Shown in pieces: positions 36,871 through 45,090 of a stretch of DNA of 64,000 bases. How positions within the stretch are numbered: the stretch's first letter is position 1; every line of letters begins with the position of its first letter. A program made the position numbers and the translations under genes. The notes below the pieces were generated by a model that saw only the letters and a list, made by a program, of their open reading frames with translations, searched no databases and had not been told where the DNA came from. Origin of the DNA: Agrobacterium sp. 719_389 (lineage in GTDB: Bacteria; Bacteroidota; Bacteroidia; UBA8524); NCBI GenBank assembly GCA_943370295.1, contig CALRQL020000008.1, forward strand, positions 46,865 through 110,864, written 5' to 3'.

Positions 36871-37872
36871 CTAAGGCAGTGGTTTTTCTTCAAAATCATC
36901 CAGTTTATTCAAATCCATCACCACCATTCCTTCATCGTTTACATAAAAGGGCTTCACAAATTTAGCACCCCAAAACACATCGCTCCATTTATAAGAGTAG
37001 CGCGAGTATACTGTTTGTCCAAAGGAATCGTCAAACGCTTGTATCAATACTAAAAATTCCACATCGTGGTCTTCGCACCAGTCCTTGTCTTTTTCAAAAA
37101 GAGGGCTTTTTTCGTCAATAGGATGCACAATCGTCCAGTTCATAGGCAAGAACTTAATAGCATCCACTTCAAGCTCTAAACGGTCAAAATTACGGCTGTA
37201 TCCTGCACCCGTTTTATCGGTAGAAACCATCATTACGGTGGCACTTAACTCAATAATTTCGCTGCGGCGTTTATTAGCAATCCTAAACATAAGTCCGCGG
37301 CCATCTTCGTATGGACTGATAAGGGTTTTTTTGCTAAACTGTATTTTGGCCGTAGGTCGTGAGAAACGCCCATAAACCAAACCCGTAATAATGGCAAAAC
37401 TCATTAATCCTACCAATGCCTCGCCCGCGGCAACAAAACTGGTAAGTATGCCTTTGGGCGATATTCCGCCATAGCCTACGGTGGTAAATGTTTGTGCGCT
37501 AAAGAAAAAGGCACTTAAGAAAGAGGTTGCTGTATTGTCGGTATTGGCACCGTTTAAATGCTCTATTCCTATCAAAAAATAAATGGAAGCAAACAGCACA
37601 TTCATGCTTAAATAAAACAGCATGGAAATGAGCATGAAACGTCCCCAGGTAATTTGCAGCAAATAGTGGTATATATCTATGAGCAGTGAGTTTGTGCCTA
37701 TTCGTTTTACATTGAAAGACCCATCAGGGTTGATAGTTTTTTGGGTGGTACGCTGGCTAAAAGATTGCCCGATACCCGGGTCGCTGGCTCTGCCTTGCCT
37801 CGTTTTTTTGCTATTGCGGCCAGCGTTTGGCAAGCCATCAGGGGTGTCGTTGTCTTTACTACTTTGTGCCAT
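36871..37872 (-). CDS. Inward-rectifier-type K+ channel (KirBac-like)
   Basis: Selectivity filter TTVGYGG lies between two TM helices, with a large C-terminal cytoplasmic beta domain. The ATG at 37872 avoids overlap with the upstream gene. Confidence 0.75.
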   Translation of the reverse strand: MAQSSKDNDTPDGLPNAGRNSKKTRQGRASDPGIGQSFSQRTTQKTINPDGSFNVKRIGTNSLLIDIYHYLLQITWGRFMLISMLFYLSMNVLFASIYFLIGIEHLNGANTDNTATSFLSAFFFSAQTFTTVGYGGISPKGILTSFVAAGEALVGLMSFAIITGLVYGRFSRPTAKIQFSKKTLISPYEDGRGLMFRIANKRRSEIIELSATVMMVSTDKTGAGYSRNFDRLELEVDAIKFLPMNWTIVHPIDEKSPLFEKDKDWCEDHDVEFLVLIQAFDDSFGQTVYSRYSYKWSDVFWGAKFVKPFYVNDEGMVVMDLNKLDDFEEKPLP

Positions 37873-37912
37873 TAAAGAGTGGGTTTTCCAAAAATAAAAA
37901 CAGGATGGGGTG

Positions 37913-39163
37913 TTAAAAGTTTGCACCCAACAATAGGTCAATATCTTTACTAGGCAGCTTAAAGCGTTCGCCAAGGCTTGCCTTTACCAATACTCCTTTA
38001 TAAATATACAATCCTTGACGCATGGCCTGGTTTTCCCATTGCAGGTAGTTTTTTAACCCATGCGACTCGCTAATCCCCAACAGTATAGGAGTAAGGATGT
38101 TACTTAGTGCATAGCTGGCCGTGCGAGATACCCGCGAGGTGATGTTGGGAACACAGTAATGTATAACGTCGTATTTACGGAAAATGGGGTTGGTATGGTT
38201 GGTAACCTCGCTGGTTTCAAAACAGCCGCCGTGGTCAATGGTAATGTCTACAATCACGCTGTTGGGCTTCATTTGGCTCACCATTGCTTCAGTAACAATA
38301 GTAGGGCTAGACCCATCGTCGTGGCGCAACGAGCCTATTGCCAAATCGGCACTACGCAAGGCTTTTGCCAATATATTAGGCACAATAATGGATGTGTACA
38401 CCCGCTGATTAAGGTTGTTTTGCAACCTGCGCAAGCGTGCGGTTGAATTATCAAATACTTTTACAATAGCACCCAAACCTATGGCAGCACGCGCAGCATA
38501 TTCACCCACGGTTCCGGCCCCTATAATCACCACTTCTGATGGAGGGATGCCGGCCACGCCGCCCAGTAGTTCGCCTTTACCGCCGCCTGAATTGCTCATG
38601 TACTCAGCTCCTACCAAAATTGAAGTGCTGCCGGCAATTTCGCTCATGGTTTGTATCACCGATAGCGTTCCTTGCGGGTCGCGCAGGTATTCAAACCCTA
38701 TGGCGGTCACCTTTTTTTGTATCAGTTGTTTTAAATATGTTTCAGAAACATTGGTGAGCTGCAATGCCGATATAAGAAGCTGATCTTTCTTCATCATATC
38801 AATTTCTTCTTTGGTAGGAGGGTCAACCTTTACTACCATATCGGCCTTGTAAACCTCTTGTTTGCTGTATACTACCTTGGCACCTGCATCGCTGTAGTCT
38901 TTATCAAAAAAGTTAGCGTTTTTTCCGCAGTTAGATTCAATTACAATATCATGCCCGTTATTTACCAGCAGTTGCACGGCAGCAGGGGTAAGCGGCACTC
39001 GGTTTTCCTGATAAGTAATTTCCTTAGGGATACCTATGTATAACTTTTCGTCGCCTTTTTTCAACTCAAGCAGTTGTTCTTGCGGCTGCATACTGGCTTG
39101 TTTGGCCAGCTCATGAAAGGGAGATTTAATAATATCAGCCATAGGCTTGCTTTGTGCAGGCAA
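37913..39163 (-). CDS. ald: Alanine dehydrogenase / PNT-family NAD(H)-binding enzyme
   Basis: VVIIGAGTVGEYAARAAIGLGAIVKVFD is a Rossmann motif within the AlaDH/PNT N- and C-domain layout. Confidence 0.7.
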   Translation of the reverse strand: MPAQSKPMADIIKSPFHELAKQASMQPQEQLLELKKGDEKLYIGIPKEITYQENRVPLTPAAVQLLVNNGHDIVIESNCGKNANFFDKDYSDAGAKVVYSKQEVYKADMVVKVDPPTKEEIDMMKKDQLLISALQLTNVSETYLKQLIQKKVTAIGFEYLRDPQGTLSVIQTMSEIAGSTSILVGAEYMSNSGGGKGELLGGVAGIPPSEVVIIGAGTVGEYAARAAIGLGAIVKVFDNSTARLRRLQNNLNQRVYTSIIVPNILAKALRSADLAIGSLRHDDGSSPTIVTEAMVSQMKPNSVIVDITIDHGGCFETSEVTNHTNPIFRKYDVIHYCVPNITSRVSRTASYALSNILTPILLGISESHGLKNYLQWENQAMRQGLYIYKGVLVKASLGERFKLPSKDIDLLLGANF

Positions 39164-39186
39164 TAAAGATACTACAATTTTTTTGC

Positions 39187-39915
39187 TTAATATTTACCGT
39201 ATTCGTAGCGGCGGTTACGATAAGGGAATTTCTTTGAAAACCTACGGTTTAGCATTCCAATTACTTCATTAGCGGGAGTTTGCCAATCGGTATCTGTTTC
39301 TATCGCATATTTCCACAAAAGAGAGCCGTCTTCGCTGTTTTTTAGTTGGCAGTCAGCTTTTATATTGTAGGTGCGGGCTACGTTGCCGGGCATCATTGGC
39401 AATGCTTGGTCAATTGTAGGATTATTCAGCCTGATTTTATCCAATACGTCTTGGGCAATAGAAATACCAAACGATTCCAAATCTGATAAAAATCGCTCTT
39501 TTTCTATTTTAGAATATACTACAGCATCTACGCCCAGTTTTTTACATAATATTTCGGGCATAGTGGTACTAAGTGCTAAATAGTTAAGCCCACTGTCTTG
39601 TAATATTTTAGTGGTTTTTTCGATGGGTTGTATTTCAATTTTTACGTCTTTTTTACCTCCTCCAGATTGTCGCAGGATATTGTCGTACAAGCTTTTCTGA
39701 AACGCCATCGCCTCTGCATACCTTATTTTTTCTATATCAGCAGCGGTCATGTTGTCGGGCATTTTTCCGGTGTACACCATTTCAAACGGCAATACTGCAA
39801 TTACCCGGTGTTTAACTGTTTTTACGTCAAAATTAGGAGAGGTAAATTTTGTGCCCACACAGCTTGATATAACAAGCAAGATAAGCAGCGAAAAGAGAGT
39901 AGTTTTTATACGCAT
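39187..39915 (-). CDS. Hypothetical lipoprotein
   Basis: Lipobox VISSC in a 242-aa protein. Confidence 0.55.
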   Translation of the reverse strand: MRIKTTLFSLLILLVISSCVGTKFTSPNFDVKTVKHRVIAVLPFEMVYTGKMPDNMTAADIEKIRYAEAMAFQKSLYDNILRQSGGGKKDVKIEIQPIEKTTKILQDSGLNYLALSTTMPEILCKKLGVDAVVYSKIEKERFLSDLESFGISIAQDVLDKIRLNNPTIDQALPMMPGNVARTYNIKADCQLKNSEDGSLLWKYAIETDTDWQTPANEVIGMLNRRFSKKFPYRNRRYEYGKY

Positions 39916-39929
39916 ACACTATAGTTTGG

Positions 39930-40361
39930 TTACAAATTTAAGGTGCGGGCCTCATTAATTTCAAATTCTCGTTCGCCCAAAGCTGAAACTGTAATTTTTA
40001 TCAGTACAAAAGTTGAGGGAAGTAAGCCGTCAATCATTTCCGGCCACTCAATCAAACAAACGTTATTGCTATACAAGTATTCTTCAAAACCGATGCCATA
40101 AGCCTCGTCAGGGTTATTCAGCCGGTAAAAATCAAAATGGTAAATGGTTTCGTTGCTTCCTGCATATTCATTTACCAAGCTGAATGTGGGGCTTGATACC
40201 ATGCTGTTTACTCCTAATGCTTTGCAAAACTGTTTTATTAATGTGGTTTTGCCTGCCCCCAAATGGCCGGTAAAGGCAAACACCTTGTGTTTTTTGCTAA
40301 GCGAAATCAAGTAGTTAACCACGGGCGTCAACTCGGTTTCTGTTTGGGCAGTAAACTTCAT
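39930..40361 (-). CDS. tsaE: tRNA t6A biosynthesis ATPase TsaE
   Basis: FTGHLGAGKTTLIK and IEWPE motifs are present. Confidence 0.85.
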   Translation of the reverse strand: MKFTAQTETELTPVVNYLISLSKKHKVFAFTGHLGAGKTTLIKQFCKALGVNSMVSSPTFSLVNEYAGSNETIYHFDFYRLNNPDEAYGIGFEEYLYSNNVCLIEWPEMIDGLLPSTFVLIKITVSALGEREFEINEARTLNL

Positions 40362-40366
40362 TTAGA

Positions 40367-40374
40367 CAAAGGTA
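40367..40374 (-). promoter_or_regulatory. Bacteroidota -7 box for tsaE
   Basis: The minus strand reads TACCTTTG, 5 nt upstream of the tsaE ATG. Confidence 0.35.
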
Positions 40375-40414
40375 AGGCTTGGCGGCTTTTTTGGAAAATT
40401 TTGCTTCGTTTGTC

Positions 40415-40750
40415 GGTCGCTGGACAGACCTGCCGCTATGGATAGAGAGCCCAACCTGCTATCCATAGCGTTGGGATTTATTCCCGATGGGTTATGGGTG
40501 ATTAAAACATGAGATTCCCAATCAAGTTGGGAATGATGGGCTAGCGACAGGTACGTAGACCTGCCGCTATGGATAGAGTGCCCAACCTGCTATCAATAGC
40601 ATCGGGATTTATTCCCGATGGTTGGGGAGTGTTCAGAAAGTGAAATTCCCAATCAAATTGGGAATGACGGGCTAGCGACAGGTACGCAGACCTGCCGCTA
40701 TGGATAGAGCACCCTCCTGCTATCAATGGCGTTGGGATTAATACCCGTGC
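40415..40750 (-). repeat. Mosaic repeat locus B: three tandem core(+P) units, period ~130 bp, inverted orientation
   Basis: Cores lie at 40417-40490, 40544-40621 and 40675-40750. P hairpins lie at 40508-40540 and 40640-40671. Confidence 0.9.
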
Positions 40751-40759
40751 ATAAATTCA

Positions 40760-40767
40760 TACCTTTG
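40760..40767 (+). promoter_or_regulatory. Bacteroidota -7 box for the MazG-like gene
   Basis: TACCTTTG lies 4 nt upstream of the ATG at 40772, implying a very short or absent leader. Confidence 0.3.
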
Positions 40768-40771
40768 TTAT

Positions 40772-41098
40772 ATGACAATTGAAGAAGCCCAGCAACAGGT
40801 GCACCAATGGATTACTACTACAGGGGTGCGATATTTTAATGAGCTTACCAATACCGCCATTTTAATGGAAGAAGTGGGTGAATTGGCCCGTATTATGGCC
40901 CGCAAATACGGAGAACAAAGTTTTAAGGAAAACGAGAATGATAAAGACCTTGCCGATGAAATGGCCGATGTGATGTGGGTACTTATTTGTCTTGCCAACC
41001 AAACAGGAGTGAACCTAACCGAGGCATTTGCAAAAAACATGGAAAAGAAAACCCGCCGCGACAGCGACCGACATAAGAATAATGAGAAACTGAGTTAA
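40772..41098 (+). CDS. MazG-type nucleotide pyrophosphohydrolase (single domain)
   Basis: EEVGELARI...LADEMADVMWVLICLAN shows the EExxE/DxxD metal motifs. Confidence 0.8.
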   Translation: MTIEEAQQQVHQWITTTGVRYFNELTNTAILMEEVGELARIMARKYGEQSFKENENDKDLADEMADVMWVLICLANQTGVNLTEAFAKNMEKKTRRDSDRHKNNEKLS

Positions 41099-41184
41099 GT
41101 GGGTTCATTCTAATAAGCTTGTTTGAGCAGCTCATGCCCAAAACGTACACACCCTCGAAACAAGCGCGACTTGATACAACAAAA

Positions 41185-41215
41185 AAGCCGATCCATAATT
41201 AAATGGAGTCGGCTT
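41185..41215. terminator. Hairpin terminator between convergent genes
   Basis: AAGCCGATCCAT...ATGGAGTCGGCTT is flanked by an A-run and T-rich sequence. Confidence 0.6.
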
Positions 41216-41234
41216 ATATCATTTGTCCAACGGC

Positions 41235-42443
41235 TTATGCGCCGGCAGCACTGTCGCCATTAATAGCAGCAATACCTGGCAGCTGTTTGCCTTCAAAATA
41301 TTCAAGCAAAGCACCCCCGCCGGTTGATACGTAGCTTACGTTATCAGCAAGGTTAAACTTGTTAATAGCCGCTGCACTGTCGCCGCCGCCAATAAGGGTA
41401 AACGCACCGTTATCAGTAGCTTTTGCTACCGCATTAGCTACGGTTTTAGTTCCTTTTTCAAAACTGCTCATTTCAAAAACCCCCATCGGGCCGTTCCACA
41501 ATACGGTTTTGCTGTTAGCAATCACCTCGGCAAATTTTGCAGCAGCATCTGGGCCGATATCTAACCCCATCCAGCCTGACGGAATACTCTCGTTGGCAGC
41601 AGTTTGGGTAGCGGCATCGTTGGCAAATTTATCGGCAATAATGCTATCAGCAGGCAGGTACAAATTCACCCCTTTTTCTTTGGCTTTTGCCAAAATATCC
41701 AAGCAGGTTTGCAAACGGTCGGCTTCGCAAAGCGAGTTGCCTATACCCATTCCTTGCGCTTTGAAAAAGGTATAGGCCATACCACCGCCAATAATCATAT
41801 TATCAACCTTGTCCATCAGGTTTTCAATAATCAGCAACTTGTCTGATACTTTTGCGCCGCCCATAATGGCCGTAAATGGCTTTTGAGCGTTGTGCATCAC
41901 CTTTTCGGCATTGGCTACTTCGTTGGCCATTACATACCCAAAGTATTTTGCCGATGGGAAAAACTCAGCAATAATGGCGGTGCTGGCGTGTGCACGGTGT
42001 GCAGTACCAAACGCATCGTTTACGTATACATCACCCAGTTGTGCCAATTTCTCAGCAAACTCGCGGTTTCCTTTTTCTTCTTCTTTGTAAAAACGCAGGT
42101 TTTCAAGCAATAACACCTCTCCGCTTTGCAACCCTGTACTTAGGGTTTTAGCATCTTCGCCAATACAATCAGCCGCAAACTTTACGGTGGTATTTAGCAA
42201 GCTGCTTAAGTGGTTTACCAAGTGTTTTAGCGAGTACTTTTCAGTTGGCCCTTCTTTTGGCCGACCCAAGTGCGACATCAATATCACGCTTCCGCCATCG
42301 TTCAAAATCTTTTTAAGCGTTGGCAAAGCGGCAGTAATGCGCGAGTCGTCGGTGATGTTATAATTCTCATCAAGAGGCACGTTAAAATCTACGCGCACAA
42401 GGGCACGTTTACCCGAAAAGTTCAGAAGGTCAATGGTTTTCAT
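41235..42443 (-). CDS. pgk: Phosphoglycerate kinase
   Basis: [17 protein letters not shown] and [10 protein letters not shown] are present in a 402-aa protein. Confidence 0.95.
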   Translation of the reverse strand: MKTIDLLNFSGKRALVRVDFNVPLDENYNITDDSRITAALPTLKKILNDGGSVILMSHLGRPKEGPTEKYSLKHLVNHLSSLLNTTVKFAADCIGEDAKTLSTGLQSGEVLLLENLRFYKEEEKGNREFAEKLAQLGDVYVNDAFGTAHRAHASTAIIAEFFPSAKYFGYVMANEVANAEKVMHNAQKPFTAIMGGAKVSDKLLIIENLMDKVDNMIIGGGMAYTFFKAQGMGIGNSLCEADRLQTCLDILAKAKEKGVNLYLPADSIIADKFANDAATQTAANESIPSGWMGLDIGPDAAAKFAEVIANSKTVLWNGPMGVFEMSSFEKGTKTVANAVAKATDNGAFTLIGGGDSAAAINKFNLADNVSYVSTGGGALLEYFEGKQLPGIAAINGDSAAGA

Positions 42444-42459
42444 CAGCTAAAATTTGCCG

Positions 42460-42467
42460 CAAAGGTA
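42460..42467 (-). promoter_or_regulatory. Bacteroidota -7 box for pgk
   Basis: The minus strand reads TACCTTTG, 16 nt upstream of the pgk ATG. Confidence 0.35.
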
Positions 42468-42502
42468 GGGTTTCATTCGGGTATTTTAAACATACCGTTT
42501 TG

Positions 42503-43990
42503 TTATTGTGCATCCTGTTTGGGCATAATCTTCCATAAAAAACCTTTGTTGGTGCGCTCTTGCCAATGCCCTATATTCATTGGCTGCGGCACAATGGGCG
42601 CAACGCAATACTCAAGCGAGGCAATGCTGTTTTTTTGTAGCACAACCCCTCCTATTTTATCTGTGTAAAGAAAAAAGATCCCGTCGACGGCTGTATTCAT
42701 TTCGTTTTGCTTCACAAAGCAACTGTTGCAATACCTGAAAAAGTTCATTTTTAACCCGCAATCAAACGGGTCTTTCTCAGCAAAAACAATTTTAGTGTTT
42801 TTATGAGTGTTATGAACGATGTAAAACGCTTTGAACAACGCCTCACGCTCACTGGCAGGCTTTATTAGCGAAATAGCCATTAATGCTATATTGAATGCAA
42901 CAAGCCCTTTAACAGAGTACTTAATCACTGAAAGACTGATGTTAGAAAGTCTTGATTTAATTGCAAGCAATCCCTGCACACACAAGTAGGGCATAAGAGC
43001 TACCATAGGAAACATAAACCTGAACTCTTTGTGTGCTACTGCACTGTGTGCCACCACAAAGGCAACCAACACCCATGTATAGGGGCTCCTGCGACTTGTC
43101 CAAAGCCCGAAACACATCAGCACCAACAAAAGAAGGCTAAGAGGTGGTCCGGCTATCTCAATAAACATGGTTATATAGCTATAAAACGGGCTGGTGCCAA
43201 AGCTTGACGCTTTATCGGCCACTATATTTTGAAAGAAATAATTATACGGTGTGCAAACCCATTGATTGTATAACCAATAATCGGTTAGTGTGCCTATTGC
43301 TGCTGCGACAATCCCGCCCGACACCAGTAACGAAAAGGACGCAGGGGTAAATTTTTTATACCGAAATGCCCATGCTACAAACCCTACAATGGCAAACGCC
43401 ATTTGGAAGCGGAAATAAAATGACAGCCCCATAAGCAAGCCGCCCAACAACCAAGAAAGGTTTACTTTGAGGATTTTCGGTGGGTATAAAACCACATAAA
43501 GCCCCGCAAAAAACAACAAGCCGCCCCAACTTTCACTTGAATAACGAACGTGTAAATAGGGTAAAAACCATAAGCAGGCACTAAACAGTAACAATGCTTT
43601 TTGCATAACCGTGTCTTTGTGTTCCTGCTTCCATTTGTTGTAAAAAGCCCACGTTAATACCCACCACAGTAAACCTGTTAACTGGCGCAAAATTGCCGTA
43701 AGCATAAACGGTGAATACGCATCAGCGGCAATCATGGTTTTGCCTACAATCCATCCCAGCATAATTTGCAACCCGGGTCGTATCTTATCCGTAAACTCCC
43801 ATGCAAGGTCGTTTGGCGCATAAAAGCCCAGTTTCCAACCCAACGGCTCTAATAACTGGAAATGTTCATCTGCATGGTGAAACCCTGTACTGGTAATAGC
43901 TGCAAGTATGTGCGTAAGCAAACTAAACAGCATAAAAGAGTTTGCATAGCCGTTTTGGGTAAAAAAACCCTTCGGTAATATTGTTTTCAT
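42503..43990 (-). CDS. GT-C membrane glycosyltransferase, GT22-like (Alg9/PIG-B-type mannosyltransferase homolog)
   Basis: About 10 TM segments. The first-loop HHADEHFQLLE resembles the GT22 HPDExFQ motif. Confidence 0.5.
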   Translation of the reverse strand: MKTILPKGFFTQNGYANSFMLFSLLTHILAAITSTGFHHADEHFQLLEPLGWKLGFYAPNDLAWEFTDKIRPGLQIMLGWIVGKTMIAADAYSPFMLTAILRQLTGLLWWVLTWAFYNKWKQEHKDTVMQKALLLFSACLWFLPYLHVRYSSESWGGLLFFAGLYVVLYPPKILKVNLSWLLGGLLMGLSFYFRFQMAFAIVGFVAWAFRYKKFTPASFSLLVSGGIVAAAIGTLTDYWLYNQWVCTPYNYFFQNIVADKASSFGTSPFYSYITMFIEIAGPPLSLLLLVLMCFGLWTSRRSPYTWVLVAFVVAHSAVAHKEFRFMFPMVALMPYLCVQGLLAIKSRLSNISLSVIKYSVKGLVAFNIALMAISLIKPASEREALFKAFYIVHNTHKNTKIVFAEKDPFDCGLKMNFFRYCNSCFVKQNEMNTAVDGIFFLYTDKIGGVVLQKNSIASLEYCVAPIVPQPMNIGHWQERTNKGFLWKIMPKQDAQ

Positions 43991-44095
43991 AGTTTAGGCA
44001 TCAAAACTATTTCACTACAAAGGATAGGCGTAATTGATTTTTGCAAGAACCTAAGATTGTTTTTGCAGATTTTGCAATACGTTTAACGGGATACC

Positions 44096-44103
44096 TATAT
44101 TTG
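44096..44103 (+). promoter_or_regulatory. Bacteroidota -7 box for the Rieske gene
   Basis: TATATTTG lies 5 nt upstream of the ATG at 44109. Confidence 0.35.
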
Positions 44104-44108
44104 AAACA

Positions 44109-44456
44109 ATGGCCGAAAAGTACACTTGGTATAAGATATACGATTTCAAAACCCATGGTTCCGAGCCGCAGGAACTATTCTCATTGAGAGCCATTGAGGC
44201 CGACGGAAAACGATTGGTGCTGGTGCGCAACCAAAAAGGATATTATGCCGTAGATGATAAATGCCCGCACGCAGGTTATCCGCTTAGTCATGGCAAGTGC
44301 ATGGAAGACGGCACATTAATGTGCATTTATCACCGCTACCGGTTTGATTTGGAGACGGGTCAAAGTGGCTCGGACTTTGTACAAACTCATCCTGTACGGG
44401 TGGATGATGTAGGTGTATTTATTGGATTAAAAAAGAAAAAATGGTGGTTGTGGTAA
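44109..44456 (+). CDS. Rieske [2Fe-2S] domain protein
   Basis: CPHAGYPL...CIYHRYRF shows the CxH...CxxH ligands. Confidence 0.8.
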   Translation: MAEKYTWYKIYDFKTHGSEPQELFSLRAIEADGKRLVLVRNQKGYYAVDDKCPHAGYPLSHGKCMEDGTLMCIYHRYRFDLETGQSGSDFVQTHPVRVDDVGVFIGLKKKKWWLW

Positions 44457-44482
44457 TACCTGCCTAACCGCTCATAAAACAA

Positions 44483-44761
44483 ATGCAGGCTGCTGAAACG
44501 ATAAAATACCGACTGTTGGCCATGAGTATTGTGGTGGATGTATTGGGTATGCTTAGTTACTTGATCCCTGCCCTTGGCGAATGGACGGATATTGCAATGG
44601 CAGTGCTTACTGCTTTGGCAATTTTTAAAGGTTACCACAGTTACGGATGGGCGGCATTTGGATTTTTGGAAGAGATTTTGCCGTTTACGGATATTATTCC
44701 CTCGGCCACACTGGTGTGGATTTATAGATTTGTTATTAGGAAGCAGACATACAAAGCATAA
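44483..44761 (+). CDS. Small membrane protein
   Basis: Two to three hydrophobic helices in 92 aa. Confidence 0.5.
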   Translation: MQAAETIKYRLLAMSIVVDVLGMLSYLIPALGEWTDIAMAVLTALAIFKGYHSYGWAAFGFLEEILPFTDIIPSATLVWIYRFVIRKQTYKA

Positions 44762-44766
44762 TCGTT

Positions 44767-45048
44767 ATGGAAATTAAACATCATTTTGAAGGCCGCAAAG
44801 GCGAATTCTATATTGAAGAAAACGGGAACATAATTGCTCAATATGACTATACCATGACCGACGAAACCACTATGCTGGCTACCCATACAGGAGTTTCACC
44901 GCGCCTGCGGGGACAAGGTATTGCCATGAAGTTGGTAGAGGCTGCCGTTGAGTACGCCCGCACTCACAATTATAAAATTGCTCCTTCTTGCTCCTACGTG
45001 CGTTGGGCGCACGAAACTCGCCCTGATTTGGCCGATGTGGTACGGTAA
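44767..45048 (+). CDS. Small GNAT-like acetyltransferase (YjdJ-type)
   Basis: RLRGQGIAMKLVEAAVEYAR...KIAPSCSYV in a 93-aa protein. Confidence 0.6.
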   Translation: MEIKHHFEGRKGEFYIEENGNIIAQYDYTMTDETTMLATHTGVSPRLRGQGIAMKLVEAAVEYARTHNYKIAPSCSYVRWAHETRPDLADVVR

Positions 45049-45072
45049 TTACCGATACAATATTCAAACCCT

Positions 45073-45080
45073 TACTTTTG
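45073..45080 (+). promoter_or_regulatory. Bacteroidota -7 box for the cytochrome c peroxidase gene
   Basis: TACTTTTG lies 10 nt upstream of the ATG at 45091. Confidence 0.35.
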
Positions 45081-45090
45081 CAGGATACTT

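Noticed and set aside
37873-37974. A 34-aa N-terminal extension of the Kir-channel ORF that overlaps the upstream dehydrogenase gene.
   Set aside because: The extension would overlap the 3' end of the ald-like gene by about 60 nt and has no channel-like sequence. The ATG at 37872 gives a typical cytoplasmic N-terminus.
40541-40726. A family of conserved small proteins (...SGINPDAIDSRLG.LSIAAGL.TCR...) is suggested by track ORFs 40541-40726, 47231-47419, 52380-52568, 57513-57803, 57638-57928 and 61075-61260.
   Set aside because: The similarity simply reflects translation of the nucleotide repeat. The ORFs have inconsistent starts, ends and frames, and lie on whichever strand happens to be open. 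They are built from hairpin modules and lack -7 boxes. I treat them as spurious.
40415-40750. The tandem repeats could be a CRISPR array.
   Set aside because: The whole ~130-bp unit repeats, including what would be the spacer, so there are no unique spacers between short repeats. The same sequence occurs singly and in both orientations at five other loci. No cas genes are present in the window.
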